Source: Octopus sinensis (lineage: Eukaryota). Taken from it: DNA of 33,821 bases. The first letter of the stretch is position 1. Each line of letters opens with the position of its first letter. The notes under the pieces were generated by a model that did no database searches, was not told the DNA's origin, and worked only from the letters and a program-made list of their open reading frames with translations. Positions 12,241 through 23,478 of this stretch are shown here, piece by piece. Both the position numbers and the translations under genes were made by a program. The stretch spans positions 1 through 33,821 of the forward strand of contig NW_021832097.1 of assembly GCF_006345805.1 (NCBI RefSeq), read 5' to 3'.

Positions 12241-12273
12241 ATAACGTTTCAGACATTGTCCTTCGTCAGGTAT
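12241..12273 (-). ncRNA. Penelope-type minimal hammerhead core
   Basis: Minus strand reads CTGACGA-A-GGAC(AAT)GTCT-GAAAC-GTT. The CUGANGA/GAAA core is intact and stem III is palindromic (AACGTT); stem I pairing is weak. Confidence 0.5.
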
Positions 12274-13040
12274 ATTTATACTTGCGGGGCCTATAAGTGT
12301 ATGCGTGTGTGTATGCATCTGAATATCTGACAAGTTATCCATAGACCTTGCTGTAGGAAAATTATATCGTTACCTACCGTATTTTCCTGCATGCAAGTAG
12401 AATTTTTAAAACCAATCTTTACGGCCCCCAAAAAGCTAAGTTGCTTTATACACCAAGTCGGAAAGTTCCATGTGAAATGCAGCAGAATTTGAAGAGATTG
12501 TGATGATGTTTCATTCTTTACACTAAAATGTTTACAGTAAATACTACGGCGATATTTTTGTATGCCGGAAAATATGGCATATAATTTAGCTCTAAAGACA
12601 ATTTCCAGTTTAACTTATTTGCTGCAGAAGAGCAAATATCTTCACAGAGTGAAGATGTATAGTGGAAAATGTTGTTTTCGAAAAATAATAAAAAAGAATT
12701 CTAGTTGCGATTGGAGGTACATTTAAGCATTGAGAAGGAATAAAACAGTTAATATTTAGTTAGAAGATCGCAGGAAAGAGTCGCAAGATGGAAGCCGTGA
12801 AAGATTCAAGACGTGCTATTGAGAGATGACCAGGAGTAGACCAATATAATCTCATTCGGTCACACTTGGGAATCCAGCTGGAAAGTGTGATAACGGTTGC
12901 TTCCTATAAGACCCTAAAGGAGAGACTCCATCCCCATGACCACCCCGGGAATAGTGAGCGACGAAAATGAATGTATGTGTGTGTATGGTGTATGTAGATA
13001 TATATGTATGTGTATCTGTATATATGTATATATATATGCA

Positions 13041-13078
<38 letters not shown>

Positions 13079-13367
13079 AGGTTGAAAAGAAACATACAAG
13101 TTGATATATATGGAACACAGAATCAAGGCAGAAAATGCTAAAATTATTTTATAAAAAAACATTTCAGTACCGGTTTCAGTCATTGAGACTTTTTCAATTG
13201 TAAGCATAGAAAACAATTTAATTTTGGAAAAATTAAGAGAAAAGTTTTTAAAAAGAATATTTGCATAGTATTCAAATACAAGGGGCATTTTTCTTGTTTC
13301 TGCCTGTCTCTGTCTCTCTTGTTTACTCTTATGGGTTCGAGGTCGTTGTGAATTCTTGGTAGATAGG

Positions 13368-13445
13368 GAAGAAGAAGAAGAAGAAGAAGAAGAAGAAGAA
13401 GAAGAAGAAGAAGAAGAAGAAGAAGAAGAAGAAGAAGAAGAAGAA
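13368..13445. repeat. (GAA)26 microsatellite
   Basis: Perfect trinucleotide run. Confidence 0.97.
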
Positions 13446-13786
13446 TGCGGGAGTGCCATGATAGTAGTATGTTAAATGGTCAAGTGCCCTGAAAGTGACC
13501 CGTTGTGGATGGTAGTAGTGATTGAATTCTTGAGACATCTCTTTTGAATGTTTTGTTTATAAAATTTGCGTAGGTGTTATTCTAAACTGCAATAGTAGTA
13601 AAGTTAGGAAGGAGGTGGTGGAGAGGAAGAAGACGAAGAGAAGGGAGAATAAGAAGGAATTTAGGTAGTATGATAGTAGTTGGGTGTTAAATGGTCAAGT
13701 GACCGAAAAGTGGTGCGTTATGGATTATAGCAGTGATTGGGACTGTTTTTTAATGAATTCTTGGGAATCTCTTGAGTGTATCATTT

Positions 13787-14165
13787 TTAATATTTGCATG
13801 TGTGTTTATGTTTTTCTAAGGCCGTGGTGGATATGTCGTTTGTTGTAGACGCGTTCAAAAGGGATCTGTATTTTGTAATAAAGAGAGCCTCTTTACTAAT
13901 TCGTTGGATACAGGTTGTATCATCCTTGAACTGGTAGAGGGGGAAAATTGTGAAGCTTAGATCTTTGTTGTTGGTGCAAATGTCGATATGTTGGCCGAAT
14001 GCTATTTTTCTGTCTAGGGGAATTTTGATCTGGGATCTGTGCAGAGCCATTCTTTTACGTAGACTGTTTTTTGTTTGGACAGTGTATTGCTCTTGACACC
14101 CAGAGCAGGTTAGTGCGTATATCAGGTTCTCTGAAGCACATGTGAAATTGCTTTTCACCGTGAAA
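13787..14165 (-). pseudogene. GIY-YIG endonuclease of a Penelope-like element
   Basis: FTCASENLIYALTCSGCQEQYTVQT...LRKRMALHRSQI...H...R..KE..FI...LN matches the PLE GIY-YIG pattern with CxxC. The YIG motif has decayed to YTV. Confidence 0.85.
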
Positions 14166-14174
14166 CGTTATGTT

Positions 14175-14645
14175 CACAGAAATTACCCATATCAACATAT
14201 GCACAAACAAAAACACAAACCAAGCTTCAGCAAAAAAGAATGGGCTGAGCTGAACAAATTAAAAGATGACAAAACAATAACAATCAAAGAGGCTGATAAA
14301 GGGAGTGCAGTTGTCTTAATGGATACGGTATTCTATATAACTCTAGTACTATCCATATTGGAAGACACAACATATTATGAAAAGGCCCAAAACTACAGTC
14401 AGCAGAAAATAATGAGAGATCTAAAATCCATGTTAAACCTATACAGAGAAGGGCTCACCGACAAAGAATTTGACTATATGACCAATTTCAAAAGTAAAAT
14501 CAGTCAATTCTTCGTTATTCCCAAGATACACAAAAGTTAGAAAATAAGTAACGCATGCAAGATAGCCACAGACATAATAATCAAAGTCCCTACTCCAAAT
14601 GACCTCAAATTGAGACCTATAATAGCAGGTCCCGCATGCGAAACC
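14175..14645 (+). pseudogene. Penelope-like reverse transcriptase, N-terminal fragment
   Basis: IKEADKGSAVVLMD (DKG motif), PKIHK, then one in-frame stop, then LRPIIAGPACET. Confidence 0.88.
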
Positions 14646-14841
14646 TCTATTGGAATAGAGGTTGATTACATCGAAAGATACTAGTAGGGTATTTTTGTTT
14701 ATTGTTTCAGGAAGGTGATTGAGCATATCCAGGTCGTCCTATATATAGCTTTTGACATGCTTGAGGAATGGTTTTAAGAAGGTATCTAAAACGTTACTGA
14801 GGCGGTGGGTTTCGCATGTGGGACCTGCTATTATAGGTATC
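14646..14841 (-). pseudogene. Penelope-like reverse transcriptase, next fragment, inverted
   Basis: Minus strand PIIAGPTCETHRLSNVLDTFLKPFLKHVKSYI*DDLDML...LLVSFDVINLYSN contains the PLE RT motif SFDVxxLY. Confidence 0.88.
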
Positions 14842-15056
14842 ATCTGATCGTGCTTACCTCTTGTTTTTCTTTTAGTTTTTAAAAAATTCTTTTGACTTGA
14901 GTGGAAGTAGACAACAAGCTGAAGGGCAAACGTGAGCGTAGAACATACTCAAAAGTGTACATGGTCAGGTGGACCGCATATTAAAGTGCAACCCCTTGAT
15001 GTACATATTAAATACAGACTCTGCTTTGAATTAATGTTATCTTTTCCCCTTTACAT

Positions 15057-15470
15057 TTTATCTTTTACTAGTTTTAGTCATTGGACATTCTGGGTATTCT
15101 GGGCATTCTGGGGCAACGCCCTGAGGAGTTTAGTCGAACAAATCGACCACAGGAATTAATTGTTTTAAAGCTTGGTACTTATTCTACTGACATCTTAATG
15201 CTGAACCGCTAAGTTACAGGCCGCACACAAACCAACACCGGTTGTCAAGCGGTGATGCAGGACACATACGCAAAGACAAACACACATATACACGCACTAT
15301 ATATAAACGACGAGATTCTTACAGTTCTTGTCAACCAAATCCACTTCAAAGGCTTTGGTCGGCCCGGGGTAATAGCAGAAGATATCTGCCCAATGTGCCA
15401 TGCAGTGAAACTGAATCCGAAAGCATGTGGTTGGGAAGCGAACTTCTTACCACATGGCAACGCCTGCGTC
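15057..15470 (-). mobile_element. SINE family A, diverged copy
   Basis: Colinear with other family A copies. Confidence 0.85.
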
Positions 15471-15550
15471 ATACATTTCTTTCTCAGAAATGCTTTTTCA
15501 TTGTAACTCACACTCAACTTATAATCATCTAAACAGAATACGTGTCCTCT

Positions 15551-15551
15551 G

Positions 15552-15624
<73 letters not shown>
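15551..15624. repeat. (TG)n microsatellite
   Basis: Directly visible. Confidence 0.95.
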
Positions 15625-15625
<1 letters not shown>

Positions 15626-16072
15626 TGCATAAAATAAGCTCTAAAGGCCATGTAAATAAGTTACGTGACAACCGACCATCCAAAATCTTCGGAGCTGAGT
15701 GTGACATCTTAGTTTTCGTTTGTTCTGGGTTTCTTTCTATCTCGGAACGGCGAATGTTTATTGTGAAACACTTCCTGTAGATACAGTAATACAAAGAGCA
15801 ATAGTATTTACGGACTAGTATTACCTACATTTGCAGGAAATTTTATCCAGAAGACCTGATATACTTGTATATGCCTGTCTTATAGACAGACATGTGCACG
15901 TACATTCACACATAGACACACGTATACAGATACACATACACGTAATGCAGATGCACATAGACACAGACGTTTTCACGTATGCTTACGTGCATACATCGCA
16001 TACACATGCAGATTCACACCCCTATGTTAAATACTGGTTTCAAATTCTGATATAGGGCTGTTAGTTGTTTCA

Positions 16073-16210
16073 GAAGTACTTATTTTATCGGCCCCAAAAG
16101 GATGAAAGACAAAGTTGACTTCGAAAGAATTTGAACTCAGAACGTAAAGACGGACGAAATACCGCTAGGCATTTTGTCCGGCTTGCTAATGGTTCTATCA
16201 GCTCGCCGCC
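16073..16210 (-). mobile_element. tRNA-derived SINE family B, 5' part
   Basis: Reverse complement GGCGGCGAGCTGATAGAACC...GGTATTTCGTCC...GAGTTCAAATTC...CTTTCATCCTTTTGGGGCCGATAAAATAAGTAC, homologous to the 32.8-kb array. Confidence 0.85.
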
Positions 16211-16241
16211 GTTATACTTATGTTAAATATATAAACACGTA

Positions 16242-16650
16242 GGCGCAGGAGTGGCTGTGTGGTAAGTAGCTTGCTTACCAACCACAAGGTCCTGGGTTCA
16301 GTCCCACTGCGTAGCATCTTGGGCAAGTGTCTTCTGCTATAGCCTCGGGCCGACCAATGCCTTGTGAGTGGATTTGGTAGACGGAAACTGAAAGAAGCCT
16401 GTCGTATATATGTATATATATATATATGTGCATGTGTGTGTATATGTTTGTGTGTCTGTGTTTGTCCCCCTAGCATTGTTTGACAACCGATGCTGGTGTG
16501 TTTACGTCCCCGTCAATTAGCGGTTCGGCAAAAGAGACCGATATAATAAGTACTGGGCTTACAAAGAATAAGACCCGGGGTCGATTTGCTCGACTAAAGG
16601 CGGTGCTCCAGCATAGCCGCAGTCAAATGACTGAAAGAGGTAAAGAGAGA
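16242..16650 (+). mobile_element. SINE family A, full-length copy (tRNA head, CORE-like CTTGGGCAAGT segment)
   Basis: A box TGGCTGTGTGG, B box GGTTCAGTCC, internal microsatellite. Many copies in this window. Confidence 0.92.
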
Positions 16651-16699
16651 ATACGTATCTGGCTATGTTTCGAATCAAACATGAAGGCCGTTAATCTTT

Positions 16700-16905
16700 C
16701 ACTCGACCTGCTAGAAATAACAGCATAGCTAAATCTACCGCAAAATTCATATACTACGATCTTAGACAAGAGCAGACAACATCGGTTAATGTAGTCTTAG
16801 ATGCAGTGTACCATAAAATGAAAATAGACGGAATGGTCACAAATGAGAAGCTTTTGGTGATAGGAGAGATAAATCAAGATTTACCAAAGACCTAAACATA
16901 GACAA
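16700..16905 (+). repeat. Old dispersed repeat (GCTAGAAATAACA...GTCTTAGAT...), related to 28918-29105
   Basis: Patchy colinear similarity to 28918-29105. Confidence 0.5.
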
Positions 16906-17143
16906 TAGCTCCCGGGTAGAAATACCCACAATCACTTTCTCTTGGAGCTTTTTATACCATCATGAATTTTCTGTAGACATTTAGTACCATTGTATTTGTT
17001 CTTATATCTCAGTGTCAAATCTTGTATTTTAAATATTGTTTCCAAAGAATTCAGTTGGCGATATTGCGACCCGCAATCACTCGACACGGCTCTCTATTCT
17101 TTCATCTAACTATGCTATTGTTTGTTCATACAAGAAACGATTT

Positions 17144-17343
17144 ACACATACATATTTAAACACACACATACACACAAACACACACACACACTTACATACA
17201 TATATACATACATACATACATACATACATACATACATACATACATACATACACACATACATACATACATACATACATACATACATACATACATACATACA
17301 TACATACATACATACATACATACATACGTACGTACATACATAC
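17144..17343. repeat. (TACA)n microsatellite
   Basis: Directly visible. Confidence 0.95.
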
Positions 17344-17716
17344 AAGCGTGTTGACTATATAAATATTTTTATATTCGAAGACCTGGCATACTTGGAGAAC
17401 ACACGACACAGACAAACATGAGTACATACACTCTCACACAGACACACACACACACACACACACATGTTGCGCGTATACATACGGATATACATGCTTATGC
17501 ACGCACACACGCACATCCATGCACACACTCACACACACTCACTCGTTATGAAGGCCGCTCCCCCATATACGCATTGCCTTGATTCCTTCCCAAAGCACAT
17601 ATAATTCCACACGACCGTTATGTATGTGTATATTGCATTATTCATGTAATAAGTTCCTCTACAAGACTCCATAATACAACACAGAGAGGAATTTTTCTTT
17701 CTCTCAACCTCTTAAA

Positions 17717-17753
<37 letters not shown>

Positions 17754-17859
17754 CCCCCCCCTTTCAGCTGGCCCATTATACAAAACATATTAGATACACC
17801 ATCTGTTACAACAGATAATGCGCCTAAACATGTGTACGACCTCCTATGTGTCAGTGGGT

Positions 17860-18177
17860 GTGTACATGTATGTATGTATGTATGTATGTATGTATGTATG
17901 TATGTATGTATATATGTATGTATGTATGATGTATGTATGTATGTATGTATGTATGTATGTGTGTATGTATGTATGTATGTATGTATGTATGTATGTATGT
18001 ATATATGTATGTATGTAACTATGAATGTACGTACGTACGTACGTATGTATGTATGAATGTATGTATATGTATGCATGTATGTACATATGTACATATGTAT
18101 ATATATATATATGTATATATGTATACACGCACACACACATATATATTGTATGTATACACATATATATATATATATAT

Positions 18178-18209
<32 letters not shown>

Positions 18210-18350
18210 TACAGAAAACTATATGGAAATATATATGTGAGTGTGGGTATAAATTCACGTAAATATATGTGTGTGTGTGAATTTGTGTATGTGCACATTT
18301 GTGTATGTGTACTTATACATGTGTGTGTGTGTTTGTATATGTGCGCATGT
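17860..18350. repeat. (TATG)n/(TA)n/(TG)n compound microsatellite
   Basis: Directly visible. Confidence 0.92.
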
Positions 18351-18407
18351 GTAGTTAGAAGGGGAGAGGGGGAGAGAGAGAGAGAGAAAGAAAGAGAGAG
18401 TTATTAA

Positions 18408-18527
18408 AAGTGAGAACAAAATCGGTGCAGCGCTTTTCTGAAAGATTCCAGTTTATCATCAGGTCCATGTAATAACACACACACACACACGCACACACAG
18501 GCACGCACGCACACACACACACACACA

Positions 18528-18568
<41 letters not shown>

Positions 18569-18656
18569 ACACACGTATACCACACCACCACATTTATATT
18601 TACAGACACAAAGACATACTTGTATACAAACGTTTATACAATTATATTGTGTGTTC

Positions 18657-18692
<36 letters not shown>

Positions 18693-18899
18693 GAACACAC
18701 AATATACTTATATATTTTCACAAGTATATTGTGTGTTCGTGTGTGTGTATATATATATACATACATATAAATGTGTATGTGTGTGTGTGTGTCTGTTTGT
18801 CTATGTGCAGATGTATGTGTGTGCGCATGTGTTATTACAAGGACCTGATGACGAGCAGAAATCTTTCAAAGAAGCACTGCTCCGATTCTGTTCCCACTT
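18408..18899. repeat. Inverted duplication (71-bp arms at 18408-18478 and 18829-18899) enclosing a 64-bp palindrome
   Basis: The arms are reverse complements with 12 mismatches in 71 (manual count). The inner palindrome is 18643-18706. Confidence 0.9.
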
Positions 18900-19446
18900 A
18901 TACTCTCCCCACCTCTCTCTCTCTCTCTCTCTCTCTTTCGTCCATTACACACACACACACACACACATACACACACACACACATACACGGAAGTGCCTGT
19001 AGCTACTTCCGCATCAGAGTTTCATTCAGGTATCTAGGAATTTGGACACAGTGATCGTCTCCGTGAATTTTGCCGTAATTGCTGAAGCAAACATCAATAT
19101 GGAGTCGTATCACGAGTTATGTGACGTCAGCACTGCTTTGGCCGTTGCCTTGAAAAGTAAAATCACACGTCACACATACACACACATGTACTTGCATCCG
19201 CAAACGCACACAGGCATCAGCACAAACACACCTTCACGTTCATACGCATAGGGAACATTAAATCCAAATAACCAACCACAATGTGCTCGCTACATTAACC
19301 ATAAAGACCGGTTGATCGTTGGCATTCAGTGTTGTTTTGAACTGCTTACCGCCTCTTACTACGTAAACTACAGTACACTACACACACATACGCACACACA
19401 CAGGCACACACAGACACACACATACACACACACACACACGTAAATA

Positions 19447-19577
19447 CAGGGTGTCCCCAAAAAATGTATACACATAGTGGTTCGGCAAAAGAGAACGATA
19501 GAATAAGTACTAGGCTTACAAAGAATAACAAATTTACAATTATTTAAGGTGTGTATACATTTTTTTGGGACACCCTG
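19447..19577. mobile_element. 131-bp Tc1/mariner-type MITE
   Basis: 28-bp TIRs CAGGGTGTCCC(C/A)AAAAAATGTATACACA with 1 mismatch; TA on both sides. Confidence 0.88.
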
Positions 19578-20009
19578 TATATATTAATAAGTATATACAT
19601 TTTTTTAATTATTACTAATCGGCTGAAGTTACGGTGATCCAGGTCCCGAGTGTTTCTTGCGTTGGTACTCATGAAAATGGTTTCAATTTTGAAGCCAATT
19701 TGATGTGAAAAAGACGATGAAACGAACCGAACAAGGGTTAGTTCAGAGTTATGTCCCTTGGTACCAAAACACTATTTCTGGAGATGTTGCAAGGCGACAA
19801 CATTTTTAAAGGAAAGAGTGTATGGGTGGTGGGAGGGCCGAAATTGGCGGGGCTTGTAATTATACTCATGATGGGGGCATGCAGGTATGATATATATGTA
19901 TATGTATGTACTGGCCACCTACCCTTGTGCCTATAAAAGAGAGGATAGGATTATTATTATCATCATTATTATTTTCAACACACACACACACATATGCATA
20001 TATAGATGG

Positions 20010-20146
20010 AACCCGGAACCATGTGATTACTTCCCAACCCCATGGTTCTGGGTTCAGTTCCACTGCGGACCACCGCAGCTTTCTACTTCAGCCGACCAAA
20101 GCCTTGTGAAGGGATCTGGTAAGTGGAAAGTTAAAGAAGCTTCTCG
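20010..20146 (+). mobile_element. SINE family A 5' fragment with a fold-back
   Basis: CATGGTTCTGGGTTCAGTTCCACTGCG...GCCGACCAAAGCCTTGTGA. Confidence 0.7.
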
Positions 20147-20334
20147 AATCTTTCTATCGCTTAGTTCCGCCAATGCCCGCGAGAACATTGACCAGCGAGT
20201 TAATGTCACTACTTTCCGTTGGCTGCACTTTTTTTTGCATCCGGGTATTTGATATTGGCCTCTGTCATGTTGGTTATGAATGTTCTGCACCATGTAGCTT
20301 TCTGTCTTCTCTTACTTTTTCCTTCCGGTAGTGT

Positions 20335-20560
20335 TCATTTTTAGAGCAGTTTCAGATTGACGTTGTTCACTATTCAAATGGGACACGGAAGAACACGTTC
20401 GAATCGACAGAGCGCTAGAGATGTTCCACTAAAGATGCTTGGGAATCATTAATGAAGACATTCTAAAGAGAGCCATCAGAAGACCACTCAGTGAAATCAT
20501 CATCACAAATCGAAGATTAAAACCAGCTGGTCGAATATATCCAGACTTGCTGTAGATTTG
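20335..20560 (+). pseudogene. Decayed RTE-clade LINE C-terminal fragment
   Basis: From 20412 it translates to ALEMFH*RCL-GIINEDILKRAIRRPLSEIIITNRRLKPAGRI, resembling the RTE consensus LExFHxRCLR...NEEVL.RA...RRLRxAGH. Confidence 0.55.
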
Positions 20561-20896
20561 CTTTCCAATGCATAGGACAAGCACACTCTGATGAGAGACA
20601 GAGGAGCAACACCAAGCAATGTCACTCGATACAGAACTCAGAATGTTTGTTTGCAGTTATGTACGTATTTGTTCGAAGGTACGATGCGTTGTCTGATGGG
20701 TTTTAATTAGTTTTGGATCCTACAGTCGTGGCTATGCAACGTTTTAATACAGTCTGATTCGAGGCTGAATTATTTGACATTCAGACCTTTTAATGGTTCT
20801 CTAGTTTAAATGTTTCACACATCTCTCTCTCTCTCTCTCTCTCCCTCCATTTCTCTGTATGTGTGAGTATCTACATATATGTATGTGTAATGTCTA

Positions 20897-20950
<54 letters not shown>

Positions 20951-21595
20951 CCCCTCTCTCTTCGTGTATACTTCAACGCACACGTGCATGTTTGCGTCCA
21001 ATGCCAAAATGTACTGACGCCAAAATGGATTGAATCTCCAGTAAGCCGTGCCAGATCTTCAGCGTCCAAACAGCAGCGCCCTTTCGTCCCATTCCGCTCC
21101 ATCTCTTCTTTAACCTCGTGCAGATTTAAATCCAGAATGACGCTTGGTTGTGCTTCAAAAGATCAACATTGTTTCCTCATGATTCAGTCAACGCGAATTG
21201 GTGAGATGTTTTTCAGACAAGTAAATAAATAAATAGAAATGAAAACAGAAAAGCGTATTACTATTGCGTGTTTTCATCTTCATTTCATCTTAATATTTCC
21301 AACAATCACAGTCGTGCTGATGTACGCTTATGTGTCTGTTCAGCAAGAGGTCCGGTTTCAAATCCGACCTGTACTAATTCAGTTTTGTTGTTAAATATAC
21401 ACCAGACAACCCTCTCAGCTTCAGGACCACCATAGACACACTGTATGCAGTTGAAGCGAGCGGGTTACGTTGCTGGTACATCTTGCACTGATACACCGTA
21501 AGGTTTTAGATTCGGATGGAACCAAACAGAATTAAACAAATTGTTACAACAATGCCTTCCTTGTTGATTACCAAAAGTCTTCTTTGATCTTTGAT

Positions 21596-21819
21596 TACTC
21601 TTACTCTTTTACTTGTTTCAGTCATTTGACTGCGGCCATGCTGGAGCACCGCCTTTAATCGAGCAACTCGACCCCGGGACTTATTCTTTTGTAAGCCCAG
21701 TACTTATTCTATCGGTCTCTTTTGCCGAACCGCTAAGTTACGGGGACATAAACACGCCAGCATCGGTTGTCAAGCAATGCTAGGGGGACAAACACAGACA
21801 CACAAACACACACACACAC

Positions 21820-21859
<40 letters not shown>

Positions 21860-22038
21860 TATATATATATACATAAATATCGACAGGCTTCTTTCAGTTT
21901 CCGTCTACCAACAATCCACTCACAAGGCTTTGGTCGCCCGAGGCTATAGTAGAAGACACTTGCCCAAGTGCACACAGTGGGACTGAACCCGGAACCATGT
22001 GGTTGTAACAAGCTACTTACCACACAGCCACTCCTGCC
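21596..22038 (-). mobile_element. SINE family A, young near-full-length copy
   Basis: High similarity to the 16242 and 26552 copies. Confidence 0.92.
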
Positions 22039-22417
22039 ACTCATTCTTAGTTTTTCTTTTTATTATGAGCCACCGATGGTGCATCCATGTTTTCGCTCCA
22101 CCTGTTGTGACTAGCAGCTGAGTATCTCTTGTATCACATCTTACCGTCTTAAATCTGTATTTCCTACTCACGTAAACCAGCCAAGTATCATTATTTTCAC
22201 AAACAACCGTCATCAAAGATAAATCTAGATATACAAAATAGATGAGATGGCCAACTTTGGAATACCTTTGTCCATATGTCTGCTCCATAGACGGTTTCTA
22301 GGATAGAAACTATAACAACAACAACAACAACAACAACAACATACACTTGTTATATTTCTTACAAGCCAGAAGATAGCATCCTTCAATTGGTTCTATTATT
22401 CTCCAGTAATTCTCCAG

Positions 22418-22635
22418 AGCGGCGATCTGATAGAATCGTGAGTCTGCTGGACAAAATGCCAAGTAGAATTCTTCCGGCTTTACACTCTTAGCGGTATCCT
22501 TTCCGGCTGTTCAGGTTCTGAGTTCAAATACTGTTCCACTCAAAGTATTGCGGCCGATGAATGGGACTTTCCTCCCATCCCCACCCCTCTCCTTAAAATT
22601 GCTGGTCATGAGCTAACAGTTAAAAATATTATTAT
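22418..22635 (+). mobile_element. SINE family B, degraded
   Basis: GCGGCGATCTGATAGAATCG head, GTTCTGAGTTCAAAT B box, AAAATTGCTGG tail. Confidence 0.65.
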
Positions 22636-22957
22636 TGTTCTTGTAGTATTTATCATGGTACTTTATGTTCTGTACATTTCAACTTTGCATTTCTTCCTTT
22701 CAGAGTTCCACCGACCAAATGTGAACCCACTGGCGTTTCGTTCCGGGGGAATGTGGGACTGCTCGCTTCGCCAGCGGAAAAAACATCATTCCAAAAGCTT
22801 CAGCAATCCGTAAAGCTGTATTACGACCTCGACGTATAACAGCATCCGATAGTCTGGTCGGTCCCGTAACACAGTAATACACCTAGGTGTGTATGTGTGT
22901 ACGCGCGCATGTGTGTGTGTTTGTGTGTGTGCATACGTATCTGAACGTCTGACAAGC

Positions 22958-23200
22958 TATCTACTTATCTATCTATCTATCTATCTATCTATCTCTATCT
23001 ATCTATCTATCTATCTATCTATCCATCCATCCATCCATCCATCCATCTATCTATCTATCTATCTCTATTATCTATCTATCTATCTATCCATCCATCCATC
23101 CCATCTTCTATCTATCTATCTATCTATCTATCTATTCTATCTATCTATCTATCTATCTATCTATCCTCATCCCTATCTATCTATCTATCCATCTATCTAT

Positions 23201-23261
<61 letters not shown>

Positions 23262-23262
23262 C

Positions 23263-23329
<67 letters not shown>

Positions 23330-23356
23330 CATCTATCCATCTATCTACCTACCTAC

Positions 23357-23438
<82 letters not shown>

Positions 23439-23478
23439 GTCTACCTACCTACCTACCTACATACTCTTATCTATCTAT
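22958..23478. repeat. Long (TATC)n/(CATC)n/(TACC)n microsatellite
   Basis: Directly visible. Confidence 0.96.

Noticed and set aside
12700-12970. Unique-looking GC-richer stretch next to a microsatellite, possibly a retroelement 5' end
   Set aside because: No second copy, ORF or terminal signature visible in the window.
17749-17845. Polypyrimidine tract plus CAG followed by a short open frame
   Set aside because: The tract is a (TC)n microsatellite and there is no convincing donor.
18845-18861. CTGATGA-CGAGCA-GAAA hammerhead-like core
   Set aside because: No stem II, and the inverted paralogous arm does not keep GAAA.
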